64,000 nt of DNA, from positions 155,124,001-155,188,000 of the forward strand of contig OX597816.1 of assembly GCA_951406725.2 (NCBI GenBank), in the 5' to 3' direction. This DNA comes from Octopus vulgaris (lineage: Eukaryota). The translations under genes were made by a program, and so were the position numbers. The notes beneath the pieces are model-generated. The model ran no database searches and had not been told where the DNA came from. It was given only the letters and a program-made list of their open reading frames with translations. Positions 23,739-38,419 of this stretch are shown in pieces. Positions within the stretch are counted from its first letter, which is position 1. Each line of letters starts with the position of its first letter.

Positions 23739-26510
23739 TAGTTTTATTTTTTATAGCGTGCTTTCACTTCACTACCGAGCGCAGCTCTGTGTGCCTTGGG
23801 TATGTGCTGTGATTTGTTGTGATGCTCTGATGGTTATTGTATGGAAAGTGTTCTGCGTAGGATGTGTGCAGTACCTAGTTGTGCAATTTTCTGTATGTTA
23901 TATGTGTTTGTAAGTCCTGGTGTTTTTGTTATGTATTTGTCTGAATATTTTTTTATCATGCCTAATGCACCTACTATGATAGGAATTGTTTCTGTTTTCA
24001 GATTCCACATTCTAGTTACCTCTATTTCCAGGTCTTTGTATTTTGAGAGTTTCTCCATTTCTTTTAGAGACACGTTGTCATCAGCCGGTATTGATACATC
24101 AATTAGAAAGCATTTTTTTTCTTCATGGTCTCTGACAACTATATCTGGTCTGTTGGCCTTAATTTCTCTATCTGTGTGTATCGGCATATCCCAGAGTATG
24201 GTTGCTTTCTCGTTTTCTGTGACCTTTTCCGGTGTGTGTCTATACCATATTTTTTCTGTTGTTATTCCATAATGTTGGCATAGCTTCCAATGTATGTAGG
24301 TTCCAACTCTGTCATGTCTGTGAATATATTCCTTCTTAGCCAGGACTGGGCAGCTAGAGATAATATGGTTTATTGTTTCTTGTCCATCTCCACATATTCT
24401 GCAGTTACTTGTTATATTTCTTTTCATTACATGTTTTTGGTAATTTCTGGTGGGGAGGCTTTGGTCTTGTGCTGCAATTAAAAATCCCTCTGTTTCTGCT
24501 TTGAGTCCTGAGCTTCTCAACCATTGCTGGGATTTTTCTTTGTCTAATTTCTTTTGCGTTTAGTTTAGTCCAGTATTTACCATGAAGGGGCTTTTCTTGC
24601 CATCGTTTTATCATGGTTCGTTGCTGTTCTAGTTTTAGTTTGGATTTCATTTGTTTTATAGCTTTTGTTGTTTCTTCATCTTCTTCTTCTTTATGTTTAT
24701 TAGGTGGTATGATTTCTTGTTTGTATTTGTCAGCTTCCTTAAATACTGAGAACAGTTTTTTGTTTTGCTCGTGTTTTGCCGCTATCTGGATCAGTTTTCC
24801 TTCCTTCTGAAGTAGATATTTTTGCAGTCCTATGGTGGTTATTTTATAGTAGTTTTCCAGCTGTATAAGGCCTCTACCACCTTCTATACGTTGTATATAT
24901 AGTCTTTCTATGTCAGATTTTGGGTGATGCATCCTAGATCCTGTCAGTATTTTTCTTGTTTTCCTATCTATTTTGGTCAGTTCATTTCGTGTCCAGTTAA
25001 GGATATTGTAGCTGTAACTTATAACTGTGACAGCTAAAGTGTTGATACCTATTATCTTGTTTTTAGCATTGAGCTCTGTGTTTAGTATTGATCTAACTCG
25101 TCTATAAATATTCTTTTTTTATTTTCTCTTTCATTTGTGTGTGTTGTGTCTTATCTAGTTCATGGATTCCTAAGTATTTGTAAGTTTGGCTTTGGTCTAA
25201 TTCTTTTATTTCATTGGTTTTATCTAGTGTGATGTTGTTACTCTTAACTAGTTTTCCTCTTTTCATGGTTACTTTGGCGCAGTTTTCTAATCCAAATTTC
25301 ATATCTATTTCTTTGGTAAATCCATGAACTGTCTTTAATAGTGTTTCCAGCTGTTTGTCATTTGCAGCGTATAGTTTTAGGTCATCCATATATAAAAGGT
25401 GGCTGATCGTTTTGCCGTAACATTTATATCCGCATCCAGTTCTATTTAGCATATCAGATAGAGGTGACAGTGCCAAGCAGAAAAGGAGTGGAGAGAGCGT
25501 GTCTCCCTGGAATATTCCTCTTCTAATGGGGATGTCTTTGGTTTTCATGAGTCCCTCTTTTGTTTGGAGGTGTAGGACTGTTTGCCATTTATTCATAGAG
25601 TGCTCTATGAATTTTATGATTGTTGGTGCTACTTTGTTAATGGCTAGTGTTTCGAGGATCCATGTGTGGGGGATGCTATCAAACGCCTCTTTGTAGTCAA
25701 TCCAGGCCATACTGAGGCCTTTCTTCTTTCTGTGGCTGTCTTCAGTTATGGCTTTATTAATCATTAGTTGATCTTTACAGCCATATGAGCCTTTGCGGCA
25801 TCCTTTCTGCTCTTCTGGGAACAGTTTGTTTTCGTCCAGGTGCTTGTTCAGCCTTTGTGATATCACTGCAGTAAATGCCTTGAACATAGTAGGGAGGCAG
25901 GTTATTGGTCTGTAGTTTTCTGGTTTTTCTGTTTCATTTGATTTGGGAATTAAGATGGTTTTGCCCTTCGTGAGCCATTCAGGCATTGTCTCTGGCTCTG
26001 CTAGTACGTTGTTAAAGTTTTCAGCCAGCTTTTTGTGCATTCCTGTTAGATATTTCAACCAGAAGTTGGGGATCTTGTCATGACCAGGTGCCTTCCAGTT
26101 GCTTAGTCTTTGCAGTGCTTGGGTGACCTCTTCAGTTGTTATGGGGGTCCAAAGTTGTTCAGATGCCGAGTTTGTTATTTTGATACTCCTTTTTTTGGTG
26201 GTTCGTTCGCCGACCATATTTCTCTCCAGAATTCTTCCAATTCTTCTGCCGTTGGTGCTGCAGTGACTTCTATTTTATTTTTGCCCAGTTCTTGGTAGAA
26301 CTTTTTGGGGTTGGAGTTGAACTTTTTGTTTTGTTCAAAGAAGCGTTGGCGTTTCTTGTACCGGCGGATCCTTTGTGCTTTGGCAAGGATATCTTGCTTC
26401 AGCTTTTCTTTTATTTCAGGCAAATCTTTCTCTGTGATGTTATATTTGCGGAGTATTTTTGTTCTCTTTTTGTTGCTCAGTAGCGTTGCTTGTTTGCTGA
26501 TTTCATTAAG
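23736..26510 (-). mobile_element. 5'-truncated R4/Dong-clade non-LTR retrotransposon (RT plus restriction-like endonuclease) inserted in (TAA)n
   Basis: RT motifs KAPGHD, NYRPITCL, WIDYKEAFDS, GIFQGDTLSP, LYMDD, YKYLG. CCHC knuckle CRICG..ETINHIISSC, RHD, and RLE PD..D motif (RPDIVV...IDVSIP...EK..KY). Stop at 23834. Three frameshifts near 26190, 25105 and 24545. (TTA)n on both sides. Confidence 0.95.
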
Positions 26511-26560
<50 letters not shown>

Positions 26561-29539
26561 GTTCACTGCCTGGAATCGAACTCAGCCATATGCCCGTGGG
26601 TAATTATGGAGTAAATTTTATGGCTTATAAGTCTAATATTTTCCTAATAATCATGTTGCAAGATTGGATAGTTGTGTAAATACTTTTAACACTCAGATGA
26701 AGTAAGAAAGCTCCGCGCTTCTATTGAATGTATACGGCCGGCTCGTCTTGTCCGTTTGCTCTAGAGCTATATCCACAACATGTAACACAATATAGACGAT
26801 CTTTTAAGAAATAACAGCAAACTTTCCTTCAAATCACATCCTAAAGTCTTAAAATAATGGAGGCCATAATAAATAATGTAGACTCGCATATATACTGTGC
26901 ATGAAAATATTGACACGATCACAAAGGGAATACTTTTGTTATTTTTTCCTCGTGACGAAATTAATTATAGTCACATTGATTTCCCTTATAGTAAATATTC
27001 TCAGAGAAGTGTTAAGGCTAATAACAAGCACCAGAGCAACTACAATTTACAATGTAGGGGGAAGAAATGAAGTACTGCAAAATAACAATCCCGGGTTGTT
27101 CAACTCCACCTTTTAAGACCTTTCTGCTTATTGTCATTTTAAGCCCAGTACTTTATATTTTAAGAACAGGCCACCGTTAGTGCAATTCTCGCATTAATCC
27201 TCGTATTAACCCAACACTATTTTATGATATTGTATCCCTTGTACAGAGGGGATGGACCTTATATATGGACCTTTATGATGTTTCTGTGACTGTTTTAGGT
27301 ATATTGGGACAGGAGACTTCATACAAATGCTTCCAATTTAGAAGAATCTACTAGAACACATAAAAACGGAGTGTTGGCATTAAACCGGGCGAAGGATTAA
27401 GATTTCCACTCAACCCACATAAGCTACGTGAACTCAGATAGCTAAGAGTTTGTGGAACAAATACTTGTCCGACTTTCTATTGATTTAGCCTGTTCCTAAA
27501 CTGAGCAAAGTTAAAAGTAAAAAGTTGGATTTGATCGCAAGAAACTGGGATAAATACCAAAAGACATTCGGGCTGATGTCCGATTAAAGCCTTCTAATTT
27601 GTGGTCTTATTAATTAATGGAAACCATATTCTAATTTATTGGAATTTGTACTTGCAGAATAACAAGGTGTTAAAAATTGTACGCAATTTATTTAGTCTGA
27701 ATTTCTCTAACTTTGGCTAACAAGCAGCTTTTAAACTATTCATTTGTTACATTGGAGCAAAGCCAGAAAACTGCAAACAAGGTTAGAGGAATTTAAATCG
27801 ATGCCCGGTCAAGCCTTACATTAATTTTATCAACAATGATAAAGTTGATGCTACTAAAATGTGAATTATAAATATAGTGACGAGATATGCATCAGCAACG
27901 AATAAAATAACTGAAAACTGAAACTGGATAAAATTGACTTGTCATTTGACTCCTAGTCAAGCCTGATTGGACAGAAATATTATCAAAGGCAATTCAACCA
28001 TGACCATCCTGTCGTTTATTATAGATATCTGCAACTATATTATCTAATGTGTTTCCTTATTTAAGATTCGAGGCTGGTTTCTCTGTTATATCTGTTAAAG
28101 AGAGAGGCCTCTTAGAACACCGTCATTAACATAGAATATCTTTAAATTAGCGACGAGTGACACAATGAAATATGGAGAGGTGTTTCAATGAAATATGGCA
28201 GGGTGTCTCAAGAGTGACACAATGAAACATGGGAAAGTGTTACAATCTCTGCAACACCACCCCTTCCTTTTAAATGAGTATCTTTTAAAAGATTTTCCGA
28301 AAGCATCCTTGAAAAGATAATATTTCAGTATAAATCTTAAAAATTCATGAGTTGGAATAAACAAGTGTTGATCTAAGTAGTTTGGAGTGAGATTTCTTGC
28401 AGTGGAAAATTAGTTTCATGCAGAAATGAATATTTAGATAGGTAAGTAAGACAAGTATTGTCACGTATTTGTAAACATTTAAAGTCGTTAATGAAACAGC
28501 GAATGCGCAAAGCCTTTTGATCGCTGAATAGAATGCCTCGAGATAATTGTTCCGACTCTCTATGATTTAATTCCAAATCCCGCTAATGTCAACTTTGACT
28601 TTCATACTTTCAGAGTCGAATAAGTACTAATCCAGGGCGGCAGATAAGTAAAATTCTTAGAGAGTCAGCCAAAATGCCTTGCTGTAGTAATTTCGCTATT
28701 TTGCGTTCTGCTCAGCAAGAACTGAGACGGCATTCGTGGCGAACTGTATCTGTCTGTGTCCATGACTTCTCCTTCGGTTATACATCGGTGGCATGCAGAA
28801 GGAAGCTTGTATGCATATGCAACTGTCGGTATTCCTCAAAATAATATTTCCTGAGCCTGCATGCGTGCGCAGACGCATGTCCAACTTTAACTGAGGGAGA
28901 CTTATTCTCACTCTCTCTCCTTATGTGTGTGTATGTACGTGTATTATATTGTAAATCATTAAAAGTTATAACTTAGTGGTGTTTTCTGTAACGTATAGAT
29001 TCTCATACATTCAATCCTTTTAAAAGTGTGTCAGTAACTATAGCAACGCGATAAAAGGAAATAATCAGATATTATTTTAGTCGACGACTTGAAACTACTC
29101 TTGCTCGGCGAAAATAATCGCAAAACGGACTTAATTTTCTGCCAGATTAAACTGATACGAAATCAACAATTCTAAGTTAACAGCAGAAGTTTTAAATAAT
29201 TACTGTGCAAGCATTACACTGATAATTCAAGTCAAATGAAAGAAAATGACATTAACAAATGTACACTATTTCGTCTATTATATGTCTCATTCAGGTAATG
29301 TGTTGCAATTATTGCAAAATTATGTAGGCTAAGGAAATATTAAATGCTTTGCGATATTTAGTCATGTGTTACTTCGATCAGAACTAATTACATTATATCC
29401 AAGTGCCACTAACATACTAGAGCATTAGAAAGTATCAATAGTATTTTGAATAAAAATAAAGTACCATGATTTAGTTTTACAGGGTGGATATCTTACACCG
29501 ACAGGGATCGATAAAATGAATAAAATAAATACATCAAGT

Positions 29540-29860
29540 TAAAAATCAAGTTGACGATTTTACATGCCTCAGTTCTGAGATACCACAACTGAAAAAGGAT
29601 GTCAATATCCAGTCAGCCAAAGCATAGTAACCCTTAAACAAACTGGATATTGTCTGGAAAGCATCCCTGTCAGACAACCTTAAGACAAATTTTGTCCGTG
29701 CAATAGTAAAGTCAGTCCTTTTATAGAGAGCAACAGCCTGGACGCTTACCAAATATATGGACTCATAGCTAGATGGAACTTACACGTGAATTTTAAGACC
29801 AGTCTGGAACATATCTTGGGGAATAATCCCACAAAGAAACAGCTGTATGAAGGTCTCCTG
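29540..29860 (+). pseudogene. RTE-clade LINE RT C-terminal fragment
   Basis: QVDDFTCL.S...KDVNI..AKA...LNKLDIVWKASLSDNLKTNFVRAIVKSVLL*.ATAWTLTK....LDGTYT.ILR...NISW, with stops. Confidence 0.8.
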
Positions 29861-29888
29861 GCACTCTTTCTCGTTTCTCTGATATTCG

Positions 29889-29991
29889 CATGCCATTAGG
29901 AGTTATATGCCCATCCGAACATGTCATTAGGAGTTATATGCCCATCCGAACATGCCATTAGGAGTTATATGCCCATCCGAACATGTCATTA
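29889..29991. repeat. 31-bp minisatellite, 3.3 copies
   Basis: catg(c/t)cattaggagttatatgcccatccgaa three times plus a partial unit, with no spacers. Confidence 0.95.
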
Positions 29992-30809
29992 CTGGTCAAC
30001 TTAGCCAAAAAGGTAATGACGATTGAAAAGTTAATCCCATAATCAATATCCTTGTCTACAACCCACCAACTGCATCGATCCATGTATTAAAACATATTTG
30101 TATAAACTCTCGTATATCATACTAGCTCTGCCTGCTTCATTTTGTTTCGCATAGTTGTCAGTTTACAATCAGACTGGTAGTTGCGTAACTCTTTCTTCGG
30201 CTGATAAACAAAACTTTGAGGAGAGCTGCTTCTGAGAGATCTTTCAAGGAGGAAGTCTGCTGCAATTTTGGCAGTGCATAAACAAATAACCTTGCTTTGT
30301 TTTTAAATATCGAAACTCCGTTAAAGATGCACCTTTCGTGGTTATGAAACATTGTCAGTCGATTTCTGTTTAGAAATTCCCTATTAATGACAACGCGAGC
30401 AGATTAGAATCTATTTCCTTCATTTGACAATAAATGTATAAATGTGTGCGCGTATGTGTGTGGATTACACGTGTATTTGCTGTTCTTAGTTTTGTTTAAG
30501 GCACAAATTTGTATTTTCAGATATTAAATTTTGACTGTCTGCGAGTTTTGAGGCTGGGGACTTTATTGTCATTTTTATTGATTAATTTGCTTTCGTTTAA
30601 TTCGTTTACGTGTGTTCAAATATTAACTGACTGTTTTCTTTTAGAGGAACATAATCAGCGGCTACGCCATTTATTATTCCTCTAACAGATGAATCTTTAC
30701 CTAATAAAATATAAATACAAAATTATTCAGAAAATATATTGAAATGAAGTTTTAAACAAACCATCTCTGAACGACCGTAAACTTACCATGTTTATAAAAT
30801 AAACTCCAA

Positions 30810-30926
30810 AAAGATGAAATGCAAAGTTGAACTCGGCGGAATTTGAACTCTAAAATGTAAAGACGGACGAAATGCTCCTAAGTATTTTACCCGATGTGCT
30901 AACGGTTCTGCTAGCTCATCGTCTTA

Positions 30927-30927
<1 letters not shown>
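30810..30927 (-). mobile_element. 5' part of SINE (51426/58416 family)
   Basis: Reverse complement gacgatgagctagcagaaccgttagcacatcggg...gagttcaaattccgccgagttcaactttgcatttcatc. Confidence 0.75.
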
Positions 30928-31000
<73 letters not shown>

Positions 31001-31001
<1 letters not shown>

Positions 31002-31424
31002 GCAAATATAAAGACCTTGAAATAGAAATCAGCAAAATGTGGAACCTGAAGACTAAAACAATACCTGTTGTCATAGGTGCCCTGGGAATGATAGCAAAAG
31101 GGGCTGATAGCTACCTAACTCAGATACCAGGAAACCCCAAAATATGGCAGAAATTCAAAAGATAGTGCTCATGGGAACTGCTCATATCCTACGCAAAATA
31201 CTTTCTATGTAATCTCAAGGTTTAAAACAAACATAATTTTCGGTTTAAAAAAAAATTTTTTTTTAGACATTCATTAGTACAACACCAAAAACTTCACCCC
31301 CCCCCCAAAAAAAAATATGGCACACTAGGCATAACAACAACATGAACTTCCAACCTGTTGTCTCTTGAGGTCTCTGGGTGAGACTTGGAGCCAACTTGTA
31401 CAAATATAAAGCAAAAGTCAAACA
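31001..31424 (+). mobile_element. Short 3' fragment of a second R4/Dong-clade LINE family in (TAA)n
   Basis: SKYKDLEIEISKMWNLKTKTIPVVIGALGMI...IQKIVLMGTAHILRKILSM*, homologous to the C-terminus of 23834-24520 but with a different 3' UTR. (AAT)n on both sides. Confidence 0.92.
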
Positions 31425-31486
<62 letters not shown>

Positions 31487-32548
31487 GTTGTAGTATTAGT
31501 ATTAGTTTTAGTGGTAGTAGTAGTAGTATTAGTAGTAGTTGTGGTTGTAGTAGTAGTAGTAGTAATGGTTTCAAATTTTTCCACAAGGGCAACAATTTTG
31601 GGGGAGGGGATGAGTCGAGCCCGAAGGAATGAAGGGCAAATTCGACCTCGACGATTAATAATAATAATAATAATAAAAGTAATAATAATAATAATACTAA
31701 TAATAATGATGATGATGATGATGATGACGACGATGATGACGATGATGATGATGATGATGATCGCTAACAATTAAAATATTTCAAACGTTGAGGAGATATT
31801 TTTCTATTATGATTCAGTATACGTCTGGGATGCTTCACAGACTAATAAATAAACTTGGCTGTCACTTTATTTTATCACTAAATGCTACAATGCGTTCCTT
31901 CATTGTTCTGCCGATTCTGTTATCTTTCATCCCTACCTTGTAGCCACACAGATATTGGATATTTCGAAGATAGGCACAGATACAGCAACCTTAGCGCTTT
32001 ATTGGAGTTTCTTATGAAGGATGAAAAACAAAAGCCAATTTGGGCGAGATTTGAAATCAGGAAGTGAAAGACAAGAGTTTAAACAAGTTTTAGTGTTATA
32101 TAATTTCTTTACACAAAAAATAAATAAACAACAAAAAACTGCTTCTTAATTTTGCACTTAGGCACTGTTTTTTATTTACATAGAGTTACAATTTTTTAAT
32201 GTTTGATGAAGAGTGATCAGTATATAATTACTACAAAGAACATGATATAAGTAGGAAAATATACAAGAATCAATGCATGCTGTTTCTTAAAAAAATACTT
32301 TGTTCTTGAGTTAAGATACATACATACATACATACATACATATAGGATACGAACATACATATATATATGCACACACACACGCACACACATACGCACGCAC
32401 ACACACACACATGCACACACATATATACATGCATACACAAACACACAAACACACATCCGCACAGCGGTGTAAGTATGATTGTGTGATATGCTTCCAAGCC
32501 AAAAGCTTTTGTGTGGACTTCGTAGACGGAAACTGAAAGAAGCACGTC

Positions 32549-32611
<63 letters not shown>

Positions 32612-32619
32612 CATGTGTG

Positions 32620-32651
<32 letters not shown>

Positions 32652-35072
32652 TATATGTATGTATGCATGCATATATGTATATATATTGAGCAATCTGCAG
32701 AACACTGCATCCTATGAGTATAGGGAATTGCAAATATTTTAAGAGATAAAAGCTTTTGAATACTGGAGTTATTCCGCTGAATTTTTTTTTGTCAATTTAT
32801 AACAAATAGAAACAAATGAATTTTACTATATAAATAAATAGTTAATTTATTTTTTCCAATATCTCTGGGTTGTATTTAACGCCATGATGTATGATTCGGA
32901 ATCTGAATAGGGATATCAGATAGCTGACAGCAACACGCTTTTGCTTCATCGGAAGTCACACTTAGCAACCACTTTATCGTTTGGAAGCACTTATCGGATT
33001 AAAGAAAGTTTCCCAAAAGGATGATGCAGCTTTCTGGGCTCTTAAAACGGGTAACGCATAAACTAGGAAGCTGGGTGTATGTTTGTTGGTGACAGTAAAG
33101 TAGTGCGTGTAACTAACTAATGTTATGAAGAATATTCACCAGCATTGCATATATAATATTTTAATGTTTTACAATGCAGAGAATTTTAGTTCCTGACTGG
33201 AATCTAAACGCACCAACTAGAAAATAAAAGAATGTTTTTGCGTTTGCGTTAGAAAAGAACATACAATATCTTACATGTAATCTTTAGCACTATTCCTTAT
33301 AATGTTCTTACACTGAAATTGCCTGGTGAAATATATTAAAACTGTTATATTAAACAATGGGTTCTACAGTCATAGACTGCAATATTTTATGAATGCCTTT
33401 CGACGCTGACTAACGATCATATTTCCAGAGTGTTTAATAACTCAACTGTCTCTAAATCCAATTATGAAAACTGGCAAATTCTTCTATTGACGTTGTAATT
33501 GTTGGTATAATGTTTTCTGATGAATTTAATTTTCAACCGACAAAGAAAAAGACAAAAATATTAATTTCTTTTGACAAGATGATTTTCGAAGCTGCGACAT
33601 TCATGATTTCTTTCATCGCTTTCAAATTATTGTAAGAAATTCTTACAAGACAATTGTGGCTGCAGTAAAATAGAGATAAAATTGTGCCATAGTAAGCTAC
33701 TCAAAAACGACCAAGCACTTATTCATGCTCTGTTGTTAACAAAAGAGTCTAGTTGATGGGTATATTTTCATAATGAATATTTCTTTTATATGAGTGACAC
33801 CTAAAAAATAAGCAATCTAAAACTATCCCTTTAAAAGGGAACTATGGCAGTCTGGTAAATTAATACCGTTGATATTCAATTTTGATACTTCGTAGCTAAT
33901 TGTTTAGAGAGAAGCTTCGGAAAGAATATATTTCTTGGAGATTAAATTTGGAAAAGTGTGAGGCATTGTACGTCTGATAAACTGGAGGAGGGGAAAAAAA
34001 CATTTGAATGAGTTTGCAACATTCAGAAAAACCATTATAGATTTGATAGAAGGGAGTGAGAATGAGAGAAAGGATGGAAAATTATTTGAATAATGTTAGT
34101 GAATGAAGGTTCCTTCTGTCGCGTGAGAGGACGACGATTAAATCTTATGTGGAATTTAGTACGGCGCTCTTAAGTCTCTTACATCTCTTATCTACTGAAT
34201 AAATCTATAGTGCGTCATTTTAATCTATACTATGATAAAAGCCACGTCCCTCTGTCTGTCTGTCTTCCGCCTGTCCGTCACACTTTTCTTCAGTACTATG
34301 AGGGAGAAATTCAAGCAGCTAATTTGAAAGAATGGTATCACATATACTAAGATTAAATAATTCTATTGAAATGGGAGATAAAAGGAAAGAGAGAGAGAGA
34401 GAGAGAGGGGGGGGAGGTGACTGAAAGGAGAAGAAAAATGTTTATCAGTATTTTCAGATTAGACTGATACATACAAAGAAAAATAGATACATAGATAAAA
34501 AAAATGTAGATATATATATATATATATACACACATTGTTAAATTAAAAGCGGAAAAGAGAAGGGAGACAGAGGAAGTGAGAGAGAAAGAGAGACAGTGAG
34601 AGAGACACTAGATACATGGATGGAAAGAAAAGTTGGCACATAGATACATAGACTCAGATTGCAGTATTCTAACTGTGGGCGACATTGGGGACTCGTTTCC
34701 CTTATTTGAAGCTCTTTCAGCAGTCGTCCGATTTGCGACAAATACCAACCAAATCTCCTTCAAATGATACCCTCCTGTGTTAGTGTATCTCAGACAACAC
34801 GGTTGTATTTTAATAAGACAGCAGGGTAACGCCACTTGTAGGATAGGAAGGAATATGTGAGAAAATAGAATAAAATAGCTATTTAAAATACAATAAAGGT
34901 AGGAGTACAAGGAGGTTTAATTTTTCTGTAATAGGTTGATGGATATTAAAAATGTTTGAGGTTCACTGATATGAAAGCTTTAAAGGTTCGTGGATATCAA
35001 GGTTCGTGGAAGGTAATTGTATCTAAATTTATTATTACCTGTATGTTTTAATAAATATTTGCTCATTAATAT

Positions 35073-36075
35073 TCATACTATAATAATGGACACGAAGCAG
35101 AATCTATAGTGATGTTTCAAAATAATTATGTGCACTGAAAAAATCCGTGCACGCTTTTATTTTGATAAATTTGAAGTCACTACCTAAACACACATTTTCT
35201 TATTTTTTGTACCTATTAAAACCCTGTTATGATTATTGATATTGCTAGCCAGAGAAGAGAATCAGCATGAGTCCTTCAACAGGAGAGGCGAAGAAGACTG
35301 AGCAGTGATCGATGAGAAGCTGCAAGAAGAACATATGCTGCACGATGGAGAGAAGCGCGGGCTAACTTGAACTATGCACGACGCTCCGAAATTTTACTAC
35401 AGGACTTTCAACAACATACAGTAGCAAGAGGATATATTTCACGGGAAAGACGAGAAATTTTAGATCAAAATGCTGAACATCACGAGAGAATTTATCACAG
35501 GAAAGAAGAGAAGAAATTCTTCATCAAGATGCTCAACAACATCGTGCAGCCCGAGAGAATTTATCACAGGCAAGAAGAGAAGAATTTCTATCAGTGGTCT
35601 ACCTCTGCATGAGATTAAATTAAAAGTTGGAGTACCAATAATGTTATTCAGAAATCTTGATCACAAAAACGGTCATTGTAATGGCACAAAGTATAACATT
35701 GTAACTGTAAATAACAATCTAATAACAGAAAAAGAAAAGTGATTGGAGTTGATGTGGAACAAATTGTTCTGATTCCTCGGATCAGTTTAATGCCTTCTGA
35801 TTCTGACTTTACATCCACATTACATACACCGGCTTTTGCAGTTTCTATAAACAAAAGCCAAGGGGTCTGTCAAAATGTGGCATTTACTTACCAAATCCAG
35901 TTTTCACTCAAGGTCAATTATAAGTTGCTATAAGCAGGGTTGGAAACCCACACAAGATAAGAATTTAAGCTGACTATAATGGGTTCCCTAGTTACAATTC
36001 AAATCCAAGACGTCGGGAGCATCATGATACACAGAAACTAACTAGAAATGTTGTATATACTGAAGTTGTCTAAAT
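35073..36075 (+). mobile_element. Internally deleted Helitron relic (PIF1-type helicase C-terminus)
   Basis: SGLPLHEIKLKVGVPIMLFRNLD..NGHCNGT, VLIPRISL.PSD, PAFAVSINKSQG, GIYLPNPVFTQGQL*VAISRV, RNVVYTEV*. Helitron-like 5' starts TC(T)ATACTAT.ATAA at ~35073 and ~34224. Boundaries uncertain. Confidence 0.85.
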
Positions 36076-36430
36076 GTAAAAACCTCCCTGTATATACACC
36101 TTATATAATAAGATTATGTTGTATGTGTTCAGTATACAAATATTGTAATATTTATTTGTTATATGGAGATTTGCGGATTAATTATTTAAAACAAACAGTT
36201 TAAAGATGAGTTTCAATAAGTACACATTCTATTTCCATTTTATTTTCAAATGTAATTGCTTGGGAGCAGGAGAGTTAAATATCAAAGCCAAGCATTAGCT
36301 AATTTTGCATTGGTTGTACACACACTCAATTGTTCTTGAGTAGTTGCTGATTATTACTTATATTTATTATTTACTTCTTGTCATGAATTTATCCTGTGTG
36401 TATAAAATATTTAATAAAATTGTATAATAC

Positions 36431-36508
<78 letters not shown>

Positions 36509-37853
36509 AAGACGGGTTATTGATACTTTCAATTACTTTTGGCTATACATGAGAAAAAATAGGACATTAAACTATACATCGTTTAACGTGTGCCCTAGTT
36601 AGACATAAAAACTCCCTATTCTAAAGTGATTAAGAAATGATATATTTATATAAATTTCAATGTCTTTAAATAAACTGAAGCTGGAGGAACTGGAAAGTGA
36701 AACTATTTGATTTATCCAAATAGGCAACGATTTCCTAATCCACAGTATTTCAATTTTTCTAGGTTTATCATTGGATTTAGACAATGGGATAATGCCACAA
36801 CTTCACAAGTATAGTGTTTAATTGGCAAAATTTATGCCAGTAAGTAACTGATATCATTTTATCTAACCTGTAAAATAGAGCAGAGGAACGAAACTAAATA
36901 CTTAGAGAAACAGCCCAGTGCATATCTGTATTCAAAACTCTGTAGTTTTGTATTTCAATAGAATATTAACGAAAGAATCGAGAATTTGACAGCTAGATCC
37001 ACGAAGACATCTCAGCATATGAACATGGAGCTTGAATAATTGAAGTGTGATAAAGAGAATTTTATGCTAATGCCTTATAACTGTTAAAAGAAGAGGGAAA
37101 TTGAATTTCTTTACATTTCGCACCTTATGACTATGACTGAGAGGATATAAGGCTGATAATGTTGGTTTGGATGTATTCAGTATCTAATCGAAAATCAATG
37201 TATACATACGTACACACACGCGCGCGCACACACATTTATACAATCAAATAATCCTGCCTTATTCATAAAACAAAGGAAAATATAAAATGCTCATCTTTTG
37301 CATATAGAAAAGAGACACGTCTGTAATTTCATTTTCAGTATTCGCTGAAGCATTTGAAGTTAAGAAGAGAAATCAAAGCTTGTTTCTTTTGTAAGGAAAA
37401 AAAATCAGTTTTTGTCAGCATAAAAGAAATATCTGGTAATTTATTAATAAAATATTCGATAATAAATAAAACAATGCGGTTTACTAACATCTCTTTACTG
37501 TCAACGGGAAAACTTGCCTATAACGCATTTTCGTGTTTTCTCCAAATAACAAAATACTGACATTAATCTATTAAAGTATATAGTTACGCCAAAATGTTAT
37601 ACACGTCGCTTTCGGGAGGAGTGTATAAAGTTTGCAATTAGATTAGCGAGGGCAAAATCTTTATGAATTCTACCTGTCAACAGGTGAAAACTGCACAGCA
37701 TACACACATCATATACATACACACAAACGCACAAAAAAGACACACAGATACACTCTCTTTCTTTCTTTTTTTCTTTCTTTCTTTCTTTCTTTTTTCTTTC
37801 TTTCTTTCTTTCTTTTTTTCTTTCTTTCTTTCTTTCTTTTTTCTTTCTTTCTT

Positions 37854-37905
<52 letters not shown>

Positions 37906-38419
37906 CCATTCACTAACACACCCATACTAATAACAACATATTTTCAATTCGAGAATGACGAATTCTCGGCTGTTCCTGGATAGCAGCGCTAATGACATAG
38001 TATTTCAAGAATTATTATACAAATACATATATATTTTGAATTTACTTTGCAAGAATTTTGATCCGAGATCATGTGTTGAAACCAATACTATTATATTTGA
38101 GAAGAGTCTTGATAATGCGTACAAACACAACCACCAGTCGTTGTCTATATTTTTTTCACTTTTCCAAAGCAGCTATTGCTTAGTTGTGACCCACCAAATA
38201 TTTTTCTTCATTTCTCTGTAGCCTTTTATGCAGATGGATAATTTTAAAGGCTTAATTGTTCGTCTTTAACACATGCAGCAGTAAAATAATTGTAATTCTT
38301 CAAGTGATCTGAAACTCTGGTTATTGATTGCTTAGCATTATGAGATATAAGTAGTTATGAGAGGATACTAACAAAAACAAGGTTAATTAGAAAAATCAAT
38401 GTTCCAACATTAACCTACT

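Noticed and set aside
29889-29991. 31-bp repeats as a CRISPR array
   Set aside because: The repeats are contiguous with no spacers, there are no cas genes, and the context is eukaryotic.
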